This document shows, piece by piece, positions 39,283-50,111 of a DNA stretch of 64,000 nucleotides. The position numbers were made by a program, and so were the translations under genes. Below the pieces are notes generated by a model. The model was not told where the DNA came from, did not search any database, and saw only the letters and a program-made list of their open reading frames with translations. The stretch covers positions 2,075 to 66,074 of the forward strand of contig JANNXI010000268.1 of the NCBI GenBank assembly GCA_031409495.1. Direction: 5' to 3'. The stretch is from Betaproteobacteria bacterium (GTDB lineage: Bacteria; Pseudomonadota; Gammaproteobacteria; Burkholderiales; Usitatibacteraceae). Numbering within the stretch: position 1 is the first letter of the stretch; each line of letters starts with the position of its first letter.

Positions 39283-40335
39283 TTAGGCGCGGGCAGACAG
39301 CGCAACAATTCTCGCTTGATCCCCAGCTACCAATCCTAATGCCTTCAAGATGTCCGTATTTAGGGGAATTACAGCCTGCTCTTTTATTTGCTGAGGAGTG
39401 AGCGATGATGCGAAAACACAAGCGCGAAAATCTATTTTTTTAGTGTTGGCAACTATATATCGAGTCGGCGCTGATGCAGATTCTGGCGCATTGTCAAAAG
39501 CAGCTACCGTCACGGCAAAGCTTTGCGCGACCGCGCGGACATCATCCACATTACATTCAACTGTAGGCCCCGCATCAAAAATATCCACATGCCCTTCATA
39601 GCGAAAACCTTCACTTTCCAACATGCTGCGTGCAGGCAGCGTCGCCTCGTGGGTTTTGCCAATAACCGCCTGCGCTTCGGGTGTCAAAAATGAGCTGTAA
39701 AGCGGATGCTTGGGCATCAGCTCCGCCACAAATGATTTTTGCCCGATACCTGTTAAATAGTCGGCTTGGGAGAACTCCATGGAGAAAAAGTGGCGGCCTA
39801 AACTTTCCCAAAACGGCGATGCGCCTTTTTCGTCCGATACGCCACGCAGTTCAGCAATAATTTTCTGTGAAAACAGCGCGCGGAACTGCGCGATAAACAA
39901 GAAACGACACTTTGACAACAGCGCGCCATTTTTCCCCACCCGATATTCAGGGTCTAAAAACAAAGAACAAAGCTCGGAGTGGCCGGTGTGGTCGTTTGAT
40001 AAAAATAACGTGGGCGTTTGCGTAAAAATACCGAGCTCTTTAGACGCGTGCACCACTTGACCCACACGGTAGGAATACCAAGGCTCACGCAAGCCCACGG
40101 CTGCTGCCACAGCACAAGTACCGACAATTTTGTGCTGCGCTAAGTCTTCCAGCACAAACATGTAAATTTGCTCGGCGGGTTCCGCATCACCCGAAAAAGA
40201 CGCCACCGACGCGGCAATGCGTGCTTCCAATAACTTTTCATTATTGGGCAACGTGGTTAAACCGATGCCGGTTTTAGCGGCAAGCTGCATCAGCGCTGCT
40301 AGATCATCTGTTGCAATAGGGCGAATGCACATCAT
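39283..40335 (-). CDS. astA: arginine N-succinyltransferase (beta subunit type)
   Basis: MCIRPIATDDLAALMQLAAKTGIGLTTLP...YSYRVGQVVHAS is typical of AstA/AruG. It pairs with an upstream paralogue as in Pseudomonas aruFG. Confidence 0.88.
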   Translation of the reverse strand: MMCIRPIATDDLAALMQLAAKTGIGLTTLPNNEKLLEARIAASVASFSGDAEPAEQIYMFVLEDLAQHKIVGTCAVAAAVGLREPWYSYRVGQVVHASKELGIFTQTPTLFLSNDHTGHSELCSLFLDPEYRVGKNGALLSKCRFLFIAQFRALFSQKIIAELRGVSDEKGASPFWESLGRHFFSMEFSQADYLTGIGQKSFVAELMPKHPLYSSFLTPEAQAVIGKTHEATLPARSMLESEGFRYEGHVDIFDAGPTVECNVDDVRAVAQSFAVTVAAFDNAPESASAPTRYIVANTKKIDFRACVFASSLTPQQIKEQAVIPLNTDILKALGLVAGDQARIVALSARA

Positions 40336-40359
40336 TTTTTAAGTTTGCCTCTTATTATT

Positions 40360-41481
40360 TTAGCGCGTGGTATTTGCGGGCAAATACACCGGAACTATTC
40401 GCACATCATCGCCATTGACAATTTCTAGCGCTGCCATCATTTCTTCCGACAGCACCACCGTGTCGCCTAAGCCCGCCGCTACGTTAGCCAAGGTGGCGCG
40501 GAAGCGCTCGGTTTCGGTGTTAGCGATGATACAAAGCTGGGCATTTTCAAGCGTCCGCTGGCTTGGCAAAGTACCCAGTGATGGTACGCGCGCGGCCGCT
40601 TTAGCCGCAATGTGCAGGTTCGATGCTGTCGAAGTGTCACCGGCAATCGCACGTTTTTTTATGCTATTAAATACGCTGCGAAGCCCCGAAATACGGGCCT
40701 CTACAGTCGGTCCGCCGTCAAAAATATCAATATAGGTATCGGCTTCAAAGCCTTCATCCATCAAAATGGAAAACGGCAATTCACCCACAGGATGTAATTG
40801 ACCAATAGCTAACTTTGCATCAGCCGGCAGGAGCGGGACATAAATTGGATATTGCGGCATTAGTTCAGCAATAAAGGTTTTGCTGCGCCCGCCAGACAGC
40901 TGCTCGGCTTGCGGATAACCCATGTTAAAAAAGCGTTTGCCGACGGCATTCCAAAACGGTGAATTACCTTCGTCGTCACACACGCCCGGACTTTCAGCCG
41001 CAATGCGCTCAGGAAAGCGATTCGCATGCTCCGCCATAAATAACAGCCGCGCTCTGGACAGCAACTGCGGCAGCGTGCCATCTTGGTGTTCGGGCTTGAT
41101 ATAAAAGGACGACAGCAGCGCCAAACCAGTCAAATCATGACACAAATGCAGCGAGTGAATTTTATTAGACACCCCAAGCTGTTGGGAGGCATGCACAATA
41201 ATTTCGTTGCGGTAGCTATAAAAACGATCATGAAAGCCAGCAGACGCAACAATACCACTCGTACCAATTACTTCGCCCGTAGCGGTATTTTCCAATACAA
41301 AAAAATAGGATTCCTCACCACACACATCCACTTCAGCAGCCAAAGAATGGATTGAATTGGCAATTTTATCCCGCAGCCGGTCATGGTCAGGAGGCAAGGA
41401 GGTAATACCCACCACACTCACCGCAGCAATAGCTTCTACAGCGGACAAATCGGCAAGGCGACAGGGTCTAAGTACAATCAT
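40360..41481 (-). CDS. aruF: arginine/ornithine N-succinyltransferase (alpha subunit type)
   Basis: Start at MIVLRPCRLADLSAV (41481), 10 nt after the astC stop. Paralogue of astA (YSYRNEIIVHAS). Confidence 0.85.
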   Translation of the reverse strand: MIVLRPCRLADLSAVEAIAAVSVVGITSLPPDHDRLRDKIANSIHSLAAEVDVCGEESYFFVLENTATGEVIGTSGIVASAGFHDRFYSYRNEIIVHASQQLGVSNKIHSLHLCHDLTGLALLSSFYIKPEHQDGTLPQLLSRARLLFMAEHANRFPERIAAESPGVCDDEGNSPFWNAVGKRFFNMGYPQAEQLSGGRSKTFIAELMPQYPIYVPLLPADAKLAIGQLHPVGELPFSILMDEGFEADTYIDIFDGGPTVEARISGLRSVFNSIKKRAIAGDTSTASNLHIAAKAAARVPSLGTLPSQRTLENAQLCIIANTETERFRATLANVAAGLGDTVVLSEEMMAALEIVNGDDVRIVPVYLPANTTR

Positions 41482-41491
41482 GGCGTTCTTT

Positions 41492-42859
<1,368 letters not shown>

Positions 42860-42926
42860 TGTCGGCAGCTGCGCCACCAACCAAACACTAATTATTACAC
42901 CGCCAGTGTAATCGTGAACAAAAATT

Positions 42927-42947
42927 ACGCAATTCAGTTTTGCGACA
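42927..42947 (-). promoter_or_regulatory. candidate ArgR half-site upstream of the AST operon
   Basis: The minus strand reads TGTCGCAAAACTGAATTGCGT. As I recall, the Pseudomonas ArgR consensus is TGTCGC-N8-AA-N5. It lies 140-160 nt upstream of astC. Confidence 0.4.
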
Positions 42948-42961
42948 TGCGTTTATACAAA

Positions 42962-44068
42962 TTACGTCAACCCTACTTGTTCCGCAGCGCCTGCAGGTTC
43001 GGCACGCTCAGACACAACCGCAGCACCAACGCCATTGTGCTGAAACTGGTTATCGCGCACGAAGCGTTGGTTGCGTTGTTCGCGCGGCGTTACCTCAAAG
43101 TGGGCGCGATAAGCGCTAGAAAAATGCGGTCCCGACGAAAATCCACAGCTCAAGCCAATTTGCAAAATCGATTGGCTAGTTTGTTGCAGCAATTGCCGTG
43201 AGCGATTGAGCCGCAACTGCAAATAGTAGCGCGACGGCAAACTATCAAGGTATTGCTTAAACAGCCGCTCAAGTTGCCGCCGCGATACGCCGACGAGGCG
43301 AGCAATCTCTTCAGTGGGTAGCGGCTCTTCAAAATTCGCCTCCATCAGCGCCACAGCTTCGGTTAGCTTTGGTTGCCCACCGCCGATGCGCGCAGAAATC
43401 GGCACCCGTTGATTTTCGCTACCTGCGCGGGCACGCTCAATGCCGAAGTGTTCGATCACTTCGGCAACCAAATCAGCATCGTGGCTTCTTCGCAGAATCT
43501 CTAGCAACATGTCGAGCACTGCTGCGCCATTTGGGCAGCTCGCACTAGCCCCATCTAATTCAAACAAATTACTAGACACAATCACCGTCGGAAAATCTTC
43601 TGCAAACAGGGTTGCATAAGTCCAATCAATGGTCGCACGAAGGCCGCCCAGCAGCCCTGCCCGCGCCAGTAAGTATGCCCCAGTGCCAATACCACCCAGT
43701 GTGGGGACACCCGTATTCTGATCGCGCAAAATACGGTGATTGATACCGCGTAGCCACGCAATCACATTTTCAAATCCGCGCTGTGGCAGCGGGCTAGCGC
43801 TCAATACCAGCAGGGAACCCAATGCCCCCACATTGGCCATCGCTGTATGTACAGAAATTACCAACCCGCAACTAGACGTAACAGGGGCACCAGTCTCAGA
43901 AATTAACACTACTTCATAGCTGTCAACGGCTAATAGTTGGTTGACGACGGCATAAAGTTCAGTACAACTCGCCATTGATGCCAATGAAAATTTCGGCAGC
44001 AAAAATATGCCCAGGCGCTGCACTGCAGGCGTAAGCGCTGTTGACTGCGAGTGCACCGCGATTGCCAT
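42962..44068 (-). CDS. argR: AraC/GlxA-family transcriptional regulator, ArgR-like by synteny
   Basis: C-terminal AraC HTH (IARLVGVSRRQLERLFKQYL...SILQIGLSCGFSSGPHFSSAYRAHF). N-terminal DJ-1/PfpI-like domain. Last gene of an aotJQMOP-type operon, as in P. aeruginosa. Confidence 0.75.
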   Translation of the reverse strand: MAIAVHSQSTALTPAVQRLGIFLLPKFSLASMASCTELYAVVNQLLAVDSYEVVLISETGAPVTSSCGLVISVHTAMANVGALGSLLVLSASPLPQRGFENVIAWLRGINHRILRDQNTGVPTLGGIGTGAYLLARAGLLGGLRATIDWTYATLFAEDFPTVIVSSNLFELDGASASCPNGAAVLDMLLEILRRSHDADLVAEVIEHFGIERARAGSENQRVPISARIGGGQPKLTEAVALMEANFEEPLPTEEIARLVGVSRRQLERLFKQYLDSLPSRYYLQLRLNRSRQLLQQTSQSILQIGLSCGFSSGPHFSSAYRAHFEVTPREQRNQRFVRDNQFQHNGVGAAVVSERAEPAGAAEQVGLT

Positions 44069-44071
44069 AGG

Positions 44072-44845
44072 CTACTTCAAATTACCGGACAAAAACTGTT
44101 GCAGACGCTCACTTTGCGGCCGCGCCAGCACTTCGCGCGGGTTACCCTGCTCTTCGATGAGGCCTTTATGGAGAAATACCACGTGGTTTGATACCTCGCG
44201 CGCGAAACCCATTTCATGTGTCACCACAATCATCGTGCGGCCTTCCGCGGCCAAATCGCGCATGACTTTCAGCACTTCACCAACTAACTCTGGATCAAGC
44301 GCTGAAGTTGGCTCGTCGAAAAGCATCACTTCTGGTTCCATCGCTAGCGCACGTGCAATGGCGACCCGTTGCGCCTCACCACCCGATAAATGCGCCGGAT
44401 AGGTATCCGCGCGGTGGGACACCCCAACCCGCTCCAGTAACGCTTGAGCGCGCTCAATTGCCTGCGCCTTGCTCACGCCCAGCACATGAATCGGGGCTTC
44501 GATAATATTTTCAAGCGCGGTCATGTGCGCCCATAAGTTAAAATGCTGAAACACCATCGCAAGCTTGGTGCGCATGCGCTGCAGCTGCCCCACATCCGCG
44601 GCCTTTAATGCGCCAGCTTTGTCAGAAACAAGCTTTAACTCCTCACCACACACCGTAATTTTGCCCTCGTAAGGCGCTTCGAGCATATTGATGCAGCGGA
44701 GCATGGTGCTTTTACCGGAGCCGCTTGAACCAATCACACTAATGACGCTGCCCGCATTAGCGGAAAGCGAAACGCCACGCAGCACTTCATTACTGCCGTA
44801 GCGCTTTTTTAGATTTTCAACGAGCAGTTTTTGCATAATTTTCAA
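44072..44845 (-). CDS. aotP: basic amino-acid ABC transporter ATP-binding protein
   Basis: Walker A GSSGSGKST, signature LSGGEAQRVAIARAL, Walker B MLFDEPTSALD. Confidence 0.9.
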   Translation of the reverse strand: MKIMQKLLVENLKKRYGSNEVLRGVSLSANAGSVISVIGSSGSGKSTMLRCINMLEAPYEGKITVCGEELKLVSDKAGALKAADVGQLQRMRTKLAMVFQHFNLWAHMTALENIIEAPIHVLGVSKAQAIERAQALLERVGVSHRADTYPAHLSGGEAQRVAIARALAMEPEVMLFDEPTSALDPELVGEVLKVMRDLAAEGRTMIVVTHEMGFAREVSNHVVFLHKGLIEEQGNPREVLARPQSERLQQFLSGNLK

Positions 44846-44867
44846 TCACTTTTTATCATCAAAACCA

Positions 44868-44900
44868 CCTGAAGACGCCCTATAATAGGGCGCCTTCAGG
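44868..44900. repeat. REP-like palindrome (family copy 5)
   Basis: CCTGAAGACGCCCT-ataat-AGGGCGCCTTCAGG (one mismatch), inside the operon between aotO and aotP. Confidence 0.8.
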
Positions 44901-44909
44901 GTATCAAAA

Positions 44910-46034
44910 TTAAGCACTCAACAAGTTTCCAGTTTTAAATGCTGTCGCACTCGCTACCTTTGCCAAACGCATGCCCACGGTTGCAAAGTAACGATTCTCG
45001 CGCGCGTACAACACGCCGGAAGTTTTGCAATAAAACTGTTTTACAGCACCGCTGATTGGGTCAATTACCTCAGCAATTAAATCGCCCGCCGTTACGACAT
45101 CACCCGGCTTACGCATAAACGCCACCACGCCAGCCACATCAGCTTCAAGCGCTTCCGAACCCGCAAGTGGGGTAGCGCCATGCACTAACGCTGGCAGCAC
45201 CGGTACGGCATCTGTGGCCACTGCAACAATGCCACGGTGAATCAAAAAGTCAATTATCGCGCTCGCATCTTTAGCCGCCTGATCATGCCCCACATCCGTT
45301 TGCCCACGTAATTCAACCGTTACCGCTAAACACGCCATCGCAATAGGTGCGGCAGGAAAAGCCCCCGCCAATTGCCACCATGTTTGCGAACAGGCTTCAT
45401 CAAACGGATTATCGCCACTTTCGGTCGCCAACAAAGTAGCGTGGGCACCCATGGCACGCGCCAATGGCTCACATTGCGGCCACAAAGGTGTGCCCGTATA
45501 AAGATGCAGTACAGCGTCAGAATCACAGTGCAAATCTAGTACCGCATCGGCATCACAAGCTAGGCTCATTAATACATGGCGCATGCTCGCGAGCTCACTT
45601 GCGGGCTGATTCGCCGCTAAGTGCGCGCGCATGGCGGCGCGGATAATTTTGGTGTTTTCAGCTTCACTACTGGTTAAATTAGCGGCCAATTGGTCTTTAA
45701 TAGCTAAAAATAAAGCCGGATAATGCCGATTAAAATTTTCACCCGTGGCGGCATCAAACCGCCCCAATTGGCTGCGTAACACCGTTTGCGCCAAGCCAAT
45801 CGGGTTTGCCACTGGCACCACCACAACTTCACCGCGCAACTGTTGATTGACCTCTAAATGTGCCAGCGTTTGCCGCAAATGATGGGCGACGAGCATACCG
45901 GGAAGCTCATCGGCATGCAGAGACGCCTGAATATAAATTTTTTCACCAGCACCAGGCGTGCCATAGTGAAAGCTAACAATTTCTCGCTGCGTACCAATAT
46001 AACTGCTGCTCAGCGAATGATGTTTTTTAATCAT
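44910..46034 (-). CDS. aotO: succinylglutamate desuccinylase/aspartoacylase-family protein
   Basis: IQASLHADELPG and ...DLHCD... zinc-carboxypeptidase-like motifs. It sits between the permease and ATPase genes, as aotO does. Confidence 0.7.
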   Translation of the reverse strand: MIKKHHSLSSSYIGTQREIVSFHYGTPGAGEKIYIQASLHADELPGMLVAHHLRQTLAHLEVNQQLRGEVVVVPVANPIGLAQTVLRSQLGRFDAATGENFNRHYPALFLAIKDQLAANLTSSEAENTKIIRAAMRAHLAANQPASELASMRHVLMSLACDADAVLDLHCDSDAVLHLYTGTPLWPQCEPLARAMGAHATLLATESGDNPFDEACSQTWWQLAGAFPAAPIAMACLAVTVELRGQTDVGHDQAAKDASAIIDFLIHRGIVAVATDAVPVLPALVHGATPLAGSEALEADVAGVVAFMRKPGDVVTAGDLIAEVIDPISGAVKQFYCKTSGVLYARENRYFATVGMRLAKVASATAFKTGNLLSA

Positions 46035-46070
46035 AAATTTTGGAAATAGTTACAAGGGAAAGCATAAAAT

Positions 46071-46763
46071 TTAGTGGGCTTTGCGCACTAAATGCTTCAA
46101 AAAATGCTTTTCAGCCAAACGCGCGAGACCAACCAAGGCAAATGTCATCGCCAAATAAAACAACGCACCAATAATAAAAGCCTCATACGGCAAGTAGTGT
46201 CGCGCATTCACTTCACGCGCCACGCCCGTCAAATCCATAATCGTGACGGTGCTCGCAAGGGAGGTGCCATGCAACATCATGATGACTTCATTGCTATACG
46301 CAGGCAATGCACGACGAAACGCAGCGGGCAGCAAAATACGTACAAACATTTTGACCCGCGTCATGCCCATACTTAATGCTGCTTCCACCTCACCAATGGG
46401 CGTTGCCTTGATGGCACCAGCGAGCATTTCTGTGGTGTAGGCGCAAGTATTAATCGCAAAAGCTAATACCGCACAAAACCAAGCAGATGACAAATAAGGC
46501 CACGCGAAACTCTCACGAATCAACTCAAATTGTCCGGCGCCGTAGTAAATCAAAAATAACTGCACCAGCATCGGCGTGCCGCGAATGAGATAAGTAAAAA
46601 ACCAGATAGGTTTGCTAAACCACGGGTTGTCCGCCGCGCGCAATACCGCCAGCGGCACCGCCGCCGTTAAGCCAATAAGCAAGGCCATAAATAATAGCTG
46701 CAGCGTGACCCACGCGGCGCTCCAGTACTGCGGTAAGCTGTCCCAGATTACTTCAAAGTTCAT
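46071..46763 (-). CDS. aotM: basic amino-acid ABC transporter permease
   Basis: HisM-type permease, about 230 aa, 5 TM, with an EAA-like loop (EVEAALSMGMTRVKMFVRILLP). Confidence 0.88.
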   Translation of the reverse strand: MNFEVIWDSLPQYWSAAWVTLQLLFMALLIGLTAAVPLAVLRAADNPWFSKPIWFFTYLIRGTPMLVQLFLIYYGAGQFELIRESFAWPYLSSAWFCAVLAFAINTCAYTTEMLAGAIKATPIGEVEAALSMGMTRVKMFVRILLPAAFRRALPAYSNEVIMMLHGTSLASTVTIMDLTGVAREVNARHYLPYEAFIIGALFYLAMTFALVGLARLAEKHFLKHLVRKAH

Positions 46764-47449
46764 AATACTGCCGCCCGAACACCCCTATTTACGCGCTTTT
46801 CCAGCCAATTCAAAACTAGAATTGATACGGTCGTAAACACCAAATACAGCACCGCAGCCGCCACATAAAATGTAAATGGCTCGCGCGTGGCACCCGCTGC
46901 TTGCCCCGCCTTTTGCATCATGTCAGTCAAACCAATAACTGATACGAGGGCCGTAGACTTGATCAACACCAACCAGTTATTACTAAAACCCGGCAAGGCG
47001 TAGCGCACCATTTGCGGCAGCGTAATGCGAAAGAATATTTTGCCATTTGACATGCCATAGGCCATGCCCGCCTCCCGTTGCCCCGGAGGAATTGCCATAA
47101 GTGCACCGCGAAAAGTTTCTGTTAGGTACGCACCGAATATAAAACCTATCGTGAGCACACCTGCAACAAACGGATTGATATCGATAAAATCGCCATAGCC
47201 GAGCTTAGGTGCAAGGTGATTTACTGCTGTTTGACCGCCATAAAAAATCAACAGCATCAAAATTAAATCAGGTACGCCACGAATTACGGTGGTGTAAACC
47301 GTCGCAATGCCACGTGCCGTACGAGATTTCGATAGCTTCATCGCCGCACCTTGCAGGCCCAGTATCACCGCAATAATCAGCGAGCAAAAAGCCACGCTTA
47401 ACGTAATCAGCGAGCCTTCCAAAATACTGGGCAAGTAACCGTGGAGCAT
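46760..47449 (-). CDS. aotQ: basic amino-acid ABC transporter permease
   Basis: HisQ-type permease (QREAGMAYGMSNGKIFFRITLPQM). 4-nt overlap with aotM. Confidence 0.88.
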   Translation of the reverse strand: MLHGYLPSILEGSLITLSVAFCSLIIAVILGLQGAAMKLSKSRTARGIATVYTTVIRGVPDLILMLLIFYGGQTAVNHLAPKLGYGDFIDINPFVAGVLTIGFIFGAYLTETFRGALMAIPPGQREAGMAYGMSNGKIFFRITLPQMVRYALPGFSNNWLVLIKSTALVSVIGLTDMMQKAGQAAGATREPFTFYVAAAVLYLVFTTVSILVLNWLEKRVNRGVRAAVL

Positions 47450-48321
47450 TATTTTTTAACGGCTGGAGTGGCCGGCGCTGCGGGTGTCGCTGGAGCCGCC
47501 ACTTTCGGCGGCATCACCTTAGCTTCGGTAATGGCATCGCCATACACATCAAAATCAAAGTACTTATTTTGCAGTTTGGTATACTCGCCGTTTGCGCGAA
47601 TCACTTTAATGGCGGCATTGAATTTATCCCGAAGCACCGCATCGTTTTTACGCATCGCCACGCCAGCGCCTAAGCCAAAATACTTTTCATCTTTTAACAA
47701 CGGGCCAAAAAAACTGAAGGCTTTGCCCTGCGCCGTTTTCAAAAAGCCATTTTCAGCGACGATAGCGTCTACGAGTAACGCATCAACCCGACCTGCCACC
47801 AAATCTAAAAACGCCTCATCTTGTTTGGCGTAGCGCTTAATTTCTGAGTCTTTATAGAGCTCAGTCACATAGCGATCTTGGGTAGTAGTGCGTTGAACAC
47901 CAATTTTCTTGCCTTTCATTCCTGCTGGCGTGGTTTCAAGCTTCATACCCGACTTCGCCACAAATCGTGCTGGGGTTTGATAGTACTTATCTGAAAATGC
48001 CACTTGCTTCTTACGCTCATCAGTTATGCTCATGCTCGCGATAATAGCGTCAAACTTACGAGCGTTAAGTGCTGGAATCATGCCGTCCCAGTCTTGCTGC
48101 GTCAATGTACATTCCGCTTTCATTTCCGCACACAAGGCGTTAGCCATGTCGATATCAAAACCCTTCAGCTTGCCATCGGTACCGAGTTGGCTAAAAGGCG
48201 GAAAAGCGCCTTCAACACCAATACGGATTTTTTTCCAATCTGGTGCCTGTGCAATTGCGCTTGAAGTGGCAATCAAAAACACAGCAGTCAAGAATGTTGT
48301 GGTGCAGCGGGAAGATTTCAT
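47449..48321 (-). CDS. aotJ: periplasmic arginine/ornithine(lysine)-binding protein with a Pro/Ala-rich C-terminal tail
   Basis: Signal peptide plus KIRIGVEGAFPPFS...GFDIDMANALC...WDGMIPAL...FDAIIASMSIT (ArgT/AotJ type). The extra tail is PPKVAAPATPAAPATPAVKK. Confidence 0.88.
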   Translation of the reverse strand: MKSSRCTTTFLTAVFLIATSSAIAQAPDWKKIRIGVEGAFPPFSQLGTDGKLKGFDIDMANALCAEMKAECTLTQQDWDGMIPALNARKFDAIIASMSITDERKKQVAFSDKYYQTPARFVAKSGMKLETTPAGMKGKKIGVQRTTTQDRYVTELYKDSEIKRYAKQDEAFLDLVAGRVDALLVDAIVAENGFLKTAQGKAFSFFGPLLKDEKYFGLGAGVAMRKNDAVLRDKFNAAIKVIRANGEYTKLQNKYFDFDVYGDAITEAKVMPPKVAAPATPAAPATPAVKK

Positions 48322-48346
48322 GAGTTCAGGCCTTTAAGAATGTATG

Positions 48347-49651
48347 TTAGTTTTTAGCAGGTGGGGTTATTCTGCTTTGCAAAGCGGATTCGACGATCGG
48401 TACGTAAAGCGGTAGTTTAATTTGTACCGGAACGATGTCCAGATAAATATTTGCCACCGTGTAACGTTCGCTGCCACTTGCAGCGGTGAAGTATCCCAGA
48501 CTATTTGCACCTTTGCTAAATATAAACTCAAACCCTATGTCTGGGCGCTTTTCAGCAGCACCCTTGGGATTGAACGCCAAGCCGATGATACGTTTGTGTT
48601 TGTTATCGATTAAGTTACTCATTACTGTGTAGATAGTGTTGTCCCCCAAGATGGCTGGATAGAACGTTTCGTCACTAAAATAGGGCTTAAAACCTGCCGC
48701 GGTGTGATCGATTTTGGTACCGCTCAACTTTGCCGTGGAGGGTGTGAGCACGCCGGTGCTAAAGTTGAATTTGTCGCCGCTATCGAGATAGGTAATTTTG
48801 GCATTTTTAATATTATACTCAGCAATTTTTTTATCTGCGCTTGCATCGCGAAGATCCGCGAAAATAGCGCCTTTAGCACCAATTACCTCTATGGTGTTGC
48901 CTTGAATAATAGCGGCTGAATCTTCTTCAACACCGAGGCCTAACTTGGTGTTTGCAGTTTGCATCGCGGGCAGTAAGCGACCCAATCTACCACGCTTTAA
49001 AAAATGCTGATCCACAAACATTTCAGCGCCTGCAAATCCCAACCCCACATCTAACTCACGCTCATTACCGAGACTGCCCATCCGCGCCCCGAACTTCAAC
49101 ACGTCCAGCACATCGGGTGCGTCGCGAAACATGGTTTTACTCATGATTGCAGCGCCTGCACTTGTTCCTGCAACCACACCGCCTTTATCAAATAGATTCC
49201 AAATAGCTTCGAGCACCGGCGAACGACTGCCGTCGGCATTAACCAACGCTTGGGTAATCCGCTCTTGCGATCCACCAGAAAAAAATACGCCCTGACTTTC
49301 ATTTACTTTTCGCACTAGCGTTGGGCTACGTGCAGCCGTTTTATAACCTACCTGGGAAGCGGATTCTTTCAACATCGGCGCAACCCGAATGTGTTCAGCT
49401 ACCGCGCCGTGTTTGCTCAAAGACGCAATAATTGATTGCGCTGATTTCTCCGGATTGTCGGCAGCTGTAGCGAATACCGCAAATTTACTACCCTTGCCGC
49501 CTGCCAACGCCACAATCCGTGCCCACACTTCGTCGTTGTCCGCCTTCAGCGCACCACCGATTGGTACTGCAATACCAGCGCCGCCTGCCATCGGCGTTAG
49601 CGAAAGCCAAACCAATGTGCAGCAGAGTTGTAAAATATTTTTTAAGGACAT
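48347..49651 (-). CDS. exported peptidase S51 (cyanophycinase-like) with a C-terminal extension
   Basis: Start at MSLKNILQLCCTLVWLSLTPMAGGAG (signal). VFFSGGSQERITQAL and VVAGTSAGAAIMS match the cyanophycinase GGDQ / GxSAG Ser-nucleophile motifs. Only 25 nt separate its stop from the aotJ start. Confidence 0.75.
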   Translation of the reverse strand: MSLKNILQLCCTLVWLSLTPMAGGAGIAVPIGGALKADNDEVWARIVALAGGKGSKFAVFATAADNPEKSAQSIIASLSKHGAVAEHIRVAPMLKESASQVGYKTAARSPTLVRKVNESQGVFFSGGSQERITQALVNADGSRSPVLEAIWNLFDKGGVVAGTSAGAAIMSKTMFRDAPDVLDVLKFGARMGSLGNERELDVGLGFAGAEMFVDQHFLKRGRLGRLLPAMQTANTKLGLGVEEDSAAIIQGNTIEVIGAKGAIFADLRDASADKKIAEYNIKNAKITYLDSGDKFNFSTGVLTPSTAKLSGTKIDHTAAGFKPYFSDETFYPAILGDNTIYTVMSNLIDNKHKRIIGLAFNPKGAAEKRPDIGFEFIFSKGANSLGYFTAASGSERYTVANIYLDIVPVQIKLPLYVPIVESALQSRITPPAKN

Positions 49652-49882
49652 ATTGTCAAAAATCCGAATGATAGTAACGGCACGGCGCGGCAAAAAATTA
49701 GGGTTACGGCAGTTTGTCACAGCTCATGGCTGTGCGGTGTATCGGCACAATGAATGTGTAATTTGGCGTCGCATTCAGACAAACTAAGATCAGCAATAGC
49801 GACGCTTAAAGAGTACGCAGGCCGCACACCCCAAAATGACGCGCTAAGCATCAACTTGGTGCATTTTCAACGCAAAAACCCC

Positions 49883-49934
49883 ATGCGTTGCATTTTTACG
49901 ACAAACCTGAAACGCACCTTTCAGTTTTGCGACG
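49883..49934 (-). promoter_or_regulatory. two candidate ArgR half-sites in the divergent S51-aot / TonB-receptor intergenic region
   Basis: The minus strand reads CGTCGCAAAACTGAAAGGTGC (49934-49914) and TGTCGTAAAAATGCAACGCAT (49903-49883). Both fit xGTCGY-N8-AA-N5, with starts 31 bp apart. Confidence 0.45.
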
Positions 49935-50111
49935 CGAAGTTGTACTGAAGCGACGCCCGCCTGAGTACGGCTACTTTTTCAAAAATTGAACGCCTACACT
50001 GCAATTTGGAAAAAAGTTTGCATGGCAATGCGGAAAGTCAATTTTAAGTCACTGCCCACAAGCTGTAAGAGACCCTTAGTTTTTTCACTATTTTATGGGA
50101 GCACCGTACAA

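Noticed and set aside
49652-49720. The track start (MTNCRNPNF...) of the first S51 peptidase.
   Set aside because: The downstream ATG at 49651 gives a canonical signal peptide directly. The upstream 23 residues look non-coding.
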